64,000 bases of DNA from assembly GCA_045652465.1 (NCBI GenBank), contig JAZRUI010000015.1, positions 104,445 through 168,444 on the forward strand, given 5' to 3'. The stretch is from Acutalibacteraceae bacterium. Lineage in GTDB: Bacteria; Bacillota; Clostridia; Oscillospirales; Acutalibacteraceae. A program made the position numbers and the translations under genes. The notes below the pieces were generated by a model. That model worked only from the letters and a program-made list of their open reading frames with translations. It was not told the DNA's origin and ran no database searches. This document shows positions 1 through 5,694 of this stretch, piece by piece; the first letter of the stretch is position 1, and each line of letters opens with the position of its first letter.

Positions 1-1
1 A

Positions 2-538
2 ATCGGTGAGTGCGATACCCGCCCGTATATTTGTATGCAGCCCGACCTTATCGACTATCAAACCACCGCAAAAATTTCGGTAACCAACGAAACAATGCAG
101 GACATTTCGGGCACTGTTTTTTGGGAGCTTCGCAACGCGGATGCGGAAATTTTGCAGTCGGGCAGTAGCGATATAACCGTTGCTGCGCTTTCGGCATATA
201 ACCTGCCCGTGTTGGATTTCAATAAAACCGATGTTCGCAATAATTATATAAGCTTTTGTTTCGTGGCCAACGGCGAGACGGTGTCATCAGGCACAGCAAT
301 TTTCACCCGTTTTAAGCATTACGATTTTAAGAATCCTAATCTTCGCTGTGAAATAGAGGGTGATGAAATCACGGTTTATGCCGATGCTTATGCTAAATAT
401 GTTGAAATTGATTCGCCCGATAGTGATTTTGTGCTTTCGGATAACTATTTTGATATGAATGCCGGCAAAAAGACGGTTAAAATATTGGAGGGCACACCTA
501 AAACCATCCGTTTGCGTAGTGTATATGATATAAGATAA
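2..538 (+). CDS. C-terminal part of a glycoside hydrolase, most like the C-terminal Ig/CBM-like domain of GH2 beta-mannosidases (5-prime end outside window)
   Basis: Frame is open from base 2 with no stop before the listed ATG at 35; stop TAA at 536-538. The segment SDFVLSDNYFDMNAGKKTVKIL resembles the SDNYFDL.PGE stretch of beta-mannosidase C-termini (from memory, not searched). Confidence 0.5.
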   Translation: MGECDTRPYICMQPDLIDYQTTAKISVTNETMQDISGTVFWELRNADAEILQSGSSDITVAALSAYNLPVLDFNKTDVRNNYISFCFVANGETVSSGTAIFTRFKHYDFKNPNLRCEIEGDEITVYADAYAKYVEIDSPDSDFVLSDNYFDMNAGKKTVKILEGTPKTIRLRSVYDIR

Positions 539-584
539 AACAAAAATATTTCTATACAAACCTGAAAATCGGCAACAAGGGCAT

Positions 585-620
585 AAAAAAATCCCCGAGA
601 TTTCTCTCGGGGGTTTTTGT
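585..620. terminator. Bidirectional intrinsic terminator (copy A)
   Basis: A-tract, stem TCCCCGAGA / TCTCGGGG with loop TTTC, then TTTTTGTTT. Sits 47 nt after the stop of the plus-strand gene. Confidence 0.8.
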
Positions 621-625
621 TTAGA

Positions 626-763
626 TTAGAACTTGCCGTTCTTTGCAGCCTCCGGGGTAGCAACTGCGCTCGGGGCGGTCATCATAGCCTCGGGTTGTTA
701 CCTGCACCGATAAGACCCATCATCGGGGCATGAGCAGGAACGGAAGAAGAACCTGCGAATTGA
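626..763 (-). pseudogene. Degenerate duplicated 3-prime fragment of the GGGtGRT gene
   Basis: Aligns to 817-954 and keeps the stop codon and ...EAAKNGKF end. It carries a 1-nt deletion (9 vs 10 nt patch at 688-696) and substituted patches, and has no start codon. Confidence 0.8.
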
Positions 764-775
764 CGGAGAGAGCAT

Positions 776-811
776 AAAAAAATCCCCGAGATTTCTCTCG
801 GGGGTTTTTGT
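776..811. terminator. Intrinsic terminator of the GGGtGRT operon (copy B)
   Basis: Same hairpin as 585-620, immediately 3-prime of the stop at 817-819 on the minus strand. Confidence 0.8.
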
Positions 812-816
812 TTAGA

Positions 817-1827
817 TTAGAACTTGCCGTTCTTTGCAGCCTCTTCGATAGCAACTGCGCAAGCAACGGTCATACCAACCATCGGGTTGTTACCGGCACC
901 GATAAGACCCATCATCTCTACATGAGCAGGAACGGAAGAAGAACCTGCGAACTGAGCATCAGAGTGCATACGGCCGAGGGTATCGGTCATACCGTAGGAA
1001 GCGGGGCCTGCTGCCATATTGTCGGGGTGGAGGGTACGGCCTGTACCGCCGCCCGAAGCAACAGAGAAATACTTCTTGCCCATCTCAATGCATTCCTTCT
1101 TATAAGTACCTGCAACGGGATGCTGGAAGCGGGTGGGGTTGGTGGAGTTACCGGTGATGGAAACATCAACGCCCTCCTTGTGCATGATAGCAACGCCTTC
1201 GCGAACATCGTTAGAACCGTAGCAGTTAACCTTTGCGCGAAGACCTGTCGAATAGGACTTGCGGAAGATTTCCTTAACCTCTCCGGTGAAGTAATCCATC
1301 TCGGTTTCAACATAAGTAAAGCCGTTGATACGAGAGATGATTTGAGCAGCATCCTTACCAAGACCGTTTAAGATAACGCGTAAGGGCTTTTTGCGAACCT
1401 TGTTTGCCTTTTCGGCAATACCGATTGCGCCTTCAGCAGCTGCGAAGGATTCGTGACCTGCCAAGAATGCGAAGCACTCGGTTTCCTCTTCGAGGAGCAT
1501 CTTGCCGAGGTTGCCGTGGCCAAGACCAACCTTGCGCTGGTCAGCAACGGAGCCGGGGATGCAGAAAGCCTGGAGACCTTCGCCGATAGCGGCAGCAGCA
1601 TCAGCAGCGCGGGTGCAACCCTTCTTTATAGCGATGGCAGAGCCAACAATGTATGCCCAGCAAGCATTTTCAAAGCAAATGGGCTGGATTTTCTTGATTT
1701 GGTCATAAACCTCAAGACCTGCGTCTTTGGTTATTTTTTCTGCTTCTTCAATGGAAGCAATACCGTATTGTGCGAGAACCTTATTGATTTGGTTAATTCT
1801 TCTCTCATAGGATTCAAACAAAGCCAT
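817..1827 (-). CDS. GGGtGRT protein (PF14057-type, function unknown)
   Basis: 336 aa containing the family-defining SGGGTGRTLHPDN motif. AAGGAGG RBS upstream; only 18 nt from the upstream gene. Confidence 0.85.
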   Translation of the reverse strand: MALFESYERRINQINKVLAQYGIASIEEAEKITKDAGLEVYDQIKKIQPICFENACWAYIVGSAIAIKKGCTRAADAAAAIGEGLQAFCIPGSVADQRKVGLGHGNLGKMLLEEETECFAFLAGHESFAAAEGAIGIAEKANKVRKKPLRVILNGLGKDAAQIISRINGFTYVETEMDYFTGEVKEIFRKSYSTGLRAKVNCYGSNDVREGVAIMHKEGVDVSITGNSTNPTRFQHPVAGTYKKECIEMGKKYFSVASGGGTGRTLHPDNMAAGPASYGMTDTLGRMHSDAQFAGSSSVPAHVEMMGLIGAGNNPMVGMTVACAVAIEEAAKNGKF

Positions 1828-1845
1828 GGTTATTACCTCCTTAAA

Positions 1846-2538
1846 TTATTCTTTTCTGGGGTCGATAACGCGAACTGCATCATCAACGCGACCATACTGA
1901 CCCTGTGCCTTTTCCCAAGCGGTGTTAGCGTCGTCACCCTTTTTGATGAAATCGGTCATCTTGCCGAGGTTAACGAACTTGTAGCCGATGATTTCGTTGT
2001 CCTCATCGAGGGCAATACCGGTTACATAGCCTTCAGCCATCTCAAGGTAGCGGGGACCCTTCTCGCGGGTACCATACATAGTACCAACCTGCGAGCGAAG
2101 ACCCTTACCAAGGTCCTCAAGGCCGGCGCCAACGGGAAGACCGTCCTCAGAGAAAGCGCTCTGGGTTCTACCGTAAACAATCTGGAGGAATAACTCGCGC
2201 ATAGCGGTGTTGATAGCATCGCAAACGAGGTCGGTGTTAAGAGCCTCCAAAACAGTAAGGCCGGGGAGAATTTCCGAAGCCATAGCGGCCGAGTGAGTCA
2301 TACCCGAGCAGCCGAGGGTTTCAACCAATGCCTCTTCAATAATGCCGTCCTTAACATTGAGGGTCAGCTTGCAAGCGCCCTGCTGAGGTGCGCACCAGCC
2401 AACACCGTGTGTGAAGCCGGAAATGTCCTTAACCTGCGAAGCCTTTACCCACTTTGCCTCCTCCGGAATGGGAGCGGCGCCGTGATGTACGCCCTGTGCA
2501 ACAGGACACATCTCTTCAATTTCTTTTGTGTAAATCAT
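1846..2538 (-). CDS. NifU/IscU-like Fe-S scaffold-domain protein, usual partner of GGGtGRT
   Basis: GVGWCAPQQGACKLTLNVKDGIIEEALVETLGCSGMTHSAAM resembles the IscU/NifU N-terminal fold with Cys ligands. Start placed at ATG 2538 (GGAG 7 nt upstream) rather than ATG 2559, which lacks an RBS. Confidence 0.6.
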   Translation of the reverse strand: MIYTKEIEEMCPVAQGVHHGAAPIPEEAKWVKASQVKDISGFTHGVGWCAPQQGACKLTLNVKDGIIEEALVETLGCSGMTHSAAMASEILPGLTVLEALNTDLVCDAINTAMRELFLQIVYGRTQSAFSEDGLPVGAGLEDLGKGLRSQVGTMYGTREKGPRYLEMAEGYVTGIALDEDNEIIGYKFVNLGKMTDFIKKGDDANTAWEKAQGQYGRVDDAVRVIDPRKE

Positions 2539-2570
2539 ATGATAACTCCTTTCGGTCATAATCTTCTATT

Positions 2571-2599
2571 ATTATAATTAAAACCGCGCCAAAGTTCAA
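2571..2599 (-). promoter_or_regulatory. Sigma-A-like promoter of the NifU-like/GGGtGRT operon
   Basis: Minus strand reads TTGAAC-N17-TATAAT, about 25 nt upstream of the RBS. Confidence 0.6.
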
Positions 2600-2616
2600 G
2601 AGAAAAATACCGACTT

Positions 2617-2632
2617 TGTCGAATTTTTCACA
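2617..2632. promoter_or_regulatory. CRP/FNR-type palindrome TGTCG-N6-TCACA
   Basis: 9 of 10 match to TGTGA-N6-TCACA. Centre is about 60 nt upstream of the TSS predicted from the promoter at 2571-2599. Confidence 0.3.
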
Positions 2633-2711
2633 AAAAACACCTTTCGCGGCAAAAACAAAAATGCGCCCCCGCAAAGGAGAGCGCACTTTTGTTACTTTTT
2701 GGGATTAAGAC

Positions 2712-2939
2712 TTAAGCCTTCTTGTTCTTTTTGTAATCGAGGAAAAGAAGAACGCCGCCTGCAACGATAGCAACAACACCGATAATGATGAAGATGGTGC
2801 CGGGCTTGCCGTTGCCGCCATTCATAAGGTTCTTAGCAACAGCCATGGGGTCGCTGTTCTTGTTAAAGCCGATGAAGGCAAGAACGATACCAACGAGCAT
2901 AGCAGCAAAGCTAATGATTTTAACCTTGGTCAGTTTCAT
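2712..2939 (-). CDS. Small two-TM membrane protein (paralogue of 5695-5913)
   Basis: 75 aa: TM helix, then NSDPMAVAKNLMNGGNGKPG, then TM helix and a KKNKKA tail. AGGAG RBS upstream; hairpin plus T-tract downstream at about 2655-2700. Confidence 0.7.
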   Translation of the reverse strand: MKLTKVKIISFAAMLVGIVLAFIGFNKNSDPMAVAKNLMNGGNGKPGTIFIIIGVVAIVAGGVLLFLDYKKNKKA

Positions 2940-3066
2940 TTCTAAGTCACTCCTTGAAATAATCTCGTCTTTCGACTAAATATATTTTAGCAACATAAAT
3001 CGCTAAAGTCATATGCTGATAGCATAATTTTTCCAATATTCGACAAAAAAATTAATCCCACAAAAC

Positions 3067-3095
3067 TTGACATTTTCTCTAAGAATTGTTATGGT
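3067..3095 (+). promoter_or_regulatory. Sigma-A-like promoter of island cassette A
   Basis: TTGACA-N17-TATGGT. It overlaps the 5-prime end of the listed ORF 3067-3873, arguing that the real start is downstream. Confidence 0.5.
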
Positions 3096-3104
3096 GGAAA
3101 CAAC

Positions 3105-3130
3105 AAAAACGGCTCTCCCGCCGTCTAAAC
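3105..3130 (+). repeat. Cassette-junction motif, copy S1
   Basis: AAAAACGGCTCTCCCGCCGTCTAAAC reads K-N-G-S-P-A-V-stop. It lies in the predicted 5-prime UTR of cassette A and terminates a start-less ~45-codon open frame. Confidence 0.8.
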
Positions 3131-3153
3131 ACATTAATGGGGAGGAAAATGTT

Positions 3154-3873
3154 TTGATTAAATGCAGCGAAAAGTGTCAATGGCTTGCTAAAAAATACAC
3201 TCCTCTCACGGGAGAGGAAGTTTTAGTTGAAACCAAGCGATTTGAACAGTTGAATCAGCATTTCGTTTCTTTAAAAAATCAATTTTGCGATAAGTTTCAC
3301 GAGCTAAACGCCCAAGCCGAAAAGCGCGCTCATCGCTTTGAGTATGCAAAAGGCGGAGAACTTATGCATCGTGGCTTTTATTCCCCGAGTTTAGAAGATT
3401 TGTTTGTGGGTAACGTTAGCCGCGGCAGATTACTTAAGTCTATGCCTAAAAAAGGGTTTAGCTATGAATATGCTTTTGACAGTTGCGGTAAATTGATTGC
3501 TTGCAAACAATACAGCAATGTTTCTGCGGTTTCACAGGATATAGATGATATTGAGTTTTTAATATATGAAAACGAACGTGTTCTATCGCTCATATACAAC
3601 ACCTTTGATAATAGAATTGACATTATCAGCGAGTGTTACTATGTCGATGGACGGTTGCAAAAATACCAACTCGCAATCTTGCTTGACGATACCTGCGCAG
3701 AAATCAAGGAAGAAGAATTGGTTTATGCTGATGATTTAGTTTCCGAATTGTATTTAAAGCGTTATATGCCTCTAAGCGGAGATTTTTACGAAGAAAAATA
3801 TTCGTTTTTATATAACGACAAGAGGGAAATCTCATCATATACGGTTGGACAGTTATATCCGCCTTTATCTTAA
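3154..3873 (+). CDS. Hypothetical soluble protein, island cassette A (possible immunity protein with YD-like hairpin repeats)
   Basis: GGGGAGG at 3139-3145 lies 8 nt before TTG 3154; alternative in-frame starts are 3091/3067. Contains SYEYAFDSCGKLIACKQY, ECYYVDGRLQKY and YSFLYNDKREISSY motifs. No family recognised. Confidence 0.55.
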   Translation: MIKCSEKCQWLAKKYTPLTGEEVLVETKRFEQLNQHFVSLKNQFCDKFHELNAQAEKRAHRFEYAKGGELMHRGFYSPSLEDLFVGNVSRGRLLKSMPKKGFSYEYAFDSCGKLIACKQYSNVSAVSQDIDDIEFLIYENERVLSLIYNTFDNRIDIISECYYVDGRLQKYQLAILLDDTCAEIKEEELVYADDLVSELYLKRYMPLSGDFYEEKYSFLYNDKREISSYTVGQLYPPLS

Positions 3874-3874
3874 G

Positions 3875-3900
3875 AAAAACGGCTTTCCCGCCACCTAAAC
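3875..3900 (+). repeat. Cassette-junction motif, copy S2
   Basis: AAAAACGGCTTTCCCGCCACCTAAAC reads K-N-G-F-P-A-T-stop. It begins 2 nt after the stop of cassette A, in the +1 frame relative to it. Confidence 0.8.
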
Positions 3901-3941
3901 AAAAAATAACCCGATGGTTTTTGCCATCGGGTTTGTTGTTT
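3901..3941. terminator. Intrinsic terminator hairpin; 41-nt perfect direct repeat, copy 1
   Basis: AAAAAATAACCCGATGGTTTTTGCCATCGGGTTTGTTGTTT, identical to 5651-5691. Stem AACCCGATGG / CCATCGGGTT with A- and T-tracts. Confidence 0.8.
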
Positions 3942-4060
3942 CCGCTATTCTTGACTCTAATGGCACCCTTATGGTAGAATATACCTACGATGCATGGGGT
4001 AAGTTACTTGAGATTTCTGATTATTCAGGAAATAATCTCGGCAAAATAAAAATTTGGTGA
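3941..4060 (+). pseudogene. Remnant of an Rhs/YD-repeat core C-terminal region
   Basis: Translates to SAILDSNGTLMVEYTYDAWGKLLEISDYSGNNLGKIKIW-stop. The x-Y-x-YDAWG-x-L pattern is the last YD repeat of Rhs repeat-associated cores. There is no toxin domain and no credible start. Confidence 0.65.
3951..3980 (+). promoter_or_regulatory. Sigma-A-like promoter inside the Rhs remnant, driving cassettes B and C
   Basis: TTGACT-N18-TAGAAT with a TGn extended -10 (TGGTAGAAT). Confidence 0.45.
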
Positions 4061-4064
4061 TATT

Positions 4065-4796
4065 ATGGTTTTAGAAATATCGAGCGAAATCGATAGTGAA
4101 GTTGAATATGAATTGTATGTTAATTCTGTTGCTATAGGTAAGATTCCGCTTGATAGTGCATTCGAAAGTAAACTTCTTTTTGAGGTTAACTGCACTGAAG
4201 AGAAAATTGAAGTTGACCTTGTTCCTTTGTTTAGAGGAAGACGAACTTTTGCCACTGCGCTTTGGTGCGGAATAAAAAGTGTCTTATCACACTTGTTATT
4301 TATAATCTTTGTGGTGCTATCAACTTGGGGTGGAGAACACCATGAGATGCCGAAGTTTTCAAAATCGGCATGCATTTACTGCAAAACAAAGTTTGTGTTA
4401 TTCAAGGTTGAGTCTCCCAAAATTCTCATCGTATTTAAGCGGATTAATAAGCAAAACAAAAAAATCTTTTGGGGAATTCCAAGCATTGAATTTCCGCAAA
4501 ACAATATTGAAACACATGTTTATCCTGCGTTTAATCGAAAACAACTTAGACGCGAGTTTATGCAAATATTAGGGCTGTATTTTTGTATATTTCTGCCTTT
4601 TTTCCTTGTGTTGATTTTGCTTTTAATATCCGCAGTACAAAACCACACCTCAATAACAGTTCCAGTAACTGTTATCATATGTTCGCCGATTGTGTTTTTA
4701 TTGTTAACTCTTAATGATATAAAAACTTATATTCGCTATGTTAGATATTTTAAGGCAAATCAAAGGTGTCAAGAGGACGGTTTTCCCGCCGCCTAA
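4065..4796 (+). CDS. Hypothetical 3-TM membrane protein, island cassette B (putative immunity protein)
   Basis: 243 aa. ATG lies 4 nt after the Rhs-remnant stop, with a GGTGA RBS. Hydrophobic helices near aa 64-90, 168-191 and 197-219, then a basic tail. Ends EDGFPAA-stop inside junction motif S3. Confidence 0.65.
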   Translation: MVLEISSEIDSEVEYELYVNSVAIGKIPLDSAFESKLLFEVNCTEEKIEVDLVPLFRGRRTFATALWCGIKSVLSHLLFIIFVVLSTWGGEHHEMPKFSKSACIYCKTKFVLFKVESPKILIVFKRINKQNKKIFWGIPSIEFPQNNIETHVYPAFNRKQLRREFMQILGLYFCIFLPFFLVLILLLISAVQNHTSITVPVTVIICSPIVFLLLTLNDIKTYIRYVRYFKANQRCQEDGFPAA

Positions 4797-4798
4797 CC
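4773..4798 (+). repeat. Cassette-junction motif, copy S3
   Basis: GAGGACGGTTTTCCCGCCGCCTAACC reads E-D-G-F-P-A-A-stop and supplies the stop of cassette B. Followed by hairpin GGAGACAAG-N11-CTTGTCTCC (4802-4830). Confidence 0.8.
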
Positions 4799-4912
4799 CC
4801 GGGAGACAAGAGAACCGTCCCCTTGTCTCCATTATCAATTGGAGGATTAATAGCAGGCGCTTTGGATTACTTTGGGGATAAAAAGATAAACAATAGAATA
4901 TGGGTGATTTAA

Positions 4913-5626
4913 ATGATTAAAGTAAAGGTCAATTGCTGTGTTCCGGAGTCCGAGAAGTATGAAATTTCTATTTGTGAACAACGCGCCACCGTCACTGGTG
5001 TAGAGAAAACTGCTCAATTTAATATAGAAACTCCCGGACAATATGTATTGAACATCAATCAGGTTAAAGAAAAAGTGTTACCAAAAGCATGGGATATAAT
5101 GTTATTTTTGATAACTGCACCTATCAGAGGCATCTTACATGCAGTGTTCTTCGATGTAGATACAGATTGGGAAAATCAAATTAAAGCATTTTTATTATCA
5201 TGCAGTATCTTGATTGATGTTCGCGAAGATATATCTATTGATTTGACTTTTGAAAATTCTCATTTTAATCACGAAAAAAGAACATATGACCCGCCTAGCA
5301 TTTCTATTAATCCTAGTCTGCAAACTAAAACATCGAGCATTCTAAATCATGAGGATATTGATTTGCAATATAATCGCTTTTTAAAACGATTGTTGTCTGT
5401 TGGTTCCTTTCTTGTTGCATTATTATTGAGCTTTTTATTTTCTAAGCCACAACCAAATGCAGTAAAAAATGCGGATGTGTATATAACAAGCTTTTTTGTT
5501 CTATTTTTTGCTATTATTACTTTTATTTGGATTTATAATAGTCGAAAGAGAAGAAGACTAAAAAGCTTATTCCTTAAACAAATAGAGAAGACAGAGAAGA
5601 CGGGGGACAGTTCCCCCGCCTCCTAA
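4913..5626 (+). CDS. Hypothetical 3-TM membrane protein, island cassette C (same architecture as cassette B)
   Basis: 237 aa with a GGTGA RBS. Hydrophobic helices near aa 59-80, 160-177 and 189-208, then a basic NSRKRRRLK tail. Ends GDSSPAS-stop inside junction motif S4. Confidence 0.65.
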   Translation: MIKVKVNCCVPESEKYEISICEQRATVTGVEKTAQFNIETPGQYVLNINQVKEKVLPKAWDIMLFLITAPIRGILHAVFFDVDTDWENQIKAFLLSCSILIDVREDISIDLTFENSHFNHEKRTYDPPSISINPSLQTKTSSILNHEDIDLQYNRFLKRLLSVGSFLVALLLSFLFSKPQPNAVKNADVYITSFFVLFFAIITFIWIYNSRKRRRLKSLFLKQIEKTEKTGDSSPAS

Positions 5627-5628
5627 TC
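5603..5628 (+). repeat. Cassette-junction motif, copy S4
   Basis: GGGGACAGTTCCCCCGCCTCCTAATC reads G-D-S-S-P-A-S-stop and supplies the stop of cassette C. Confidence 0.75.
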
Positions 5629-5650
5629 CCTAAAAAATAACCCCCAAATA

Positions 5651-5691
5651 AAAAAATAACCCGATGGTTTTTGCCATCGGGTTTGTTGTTT
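5651..5691. terminator. Bidirectional intrinsic terminator; 41-nt perfect direct repeat, copy 2
   Basis: Identical to 3901-3941. Lies between the stop of cassette C and the stop (5695) of the converging minus-strand gene. A partial extra copy TAAAAAATAACCC sits at 5631-5643. Confidence 0.8.
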
Positions 5692-5694
5692 TAT

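Larger units (their letters stand above)
581..954. repeat. Imperfect tandem duplication, period 191 bp (copy A 581-763, copy B 772-954)
   Basis: The first 72 nt are identical (581-652 = 772-843). The copies then alternate identical blocks of 7-31 nt with short substituted patches. Copy B is the real terminator plus 3-prime end of the gene at 817-1827. Confidence 0.95.

Noticed and set aside
445-663. Listed 72-aa minus-strand ORF spanning the end of the glycosidase gene, the terminator and copy A of the duplication.
   Set aside because: It runs through a terminator hairpin and antisense to a well-supported CDS. It has no RBS, and its translation is low-complexity. It is an artefact of the duplicated sequence.
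581-954. Diversity-generating retroelement (template/variable repeat pair) as an explanation for the patchy duplication.
   Set aside because: The differences are not restricted to adenine (or thymine) positions. One patch changes length. The upstream copy is frameshifted and start-less. No reverse transcriptase gene is present in the window.
4754-4912. Open frame ending ...LSIGGLIAGALDYFGDKKINNRIWVI-stop immediately before cassette C, which looked like a second orphan toxin tip.
   Set aside because: It has no start codon. It begins inside junction motif S3 and the adjacent hairpin. Its nucleotide similarity to the end of the Rhs remnant is explained by the shared GGTGAT ribosome-binding site of the downstream gene.
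3105-5628. Integron attC sites or a gene-cassette array as an explanation for the junction motifs.
   Set aside because: S3 (GCCTAAC) fits the inverse core RYYYAAC, and the stop codon sits in it as in many cassettes. However, S1, S2 and S4 do not fit. I found no complementary GTTRRRY core 50-130 nt downstream, and no intI-type integrase is in the window. The idea is kept only as a remote possibility.
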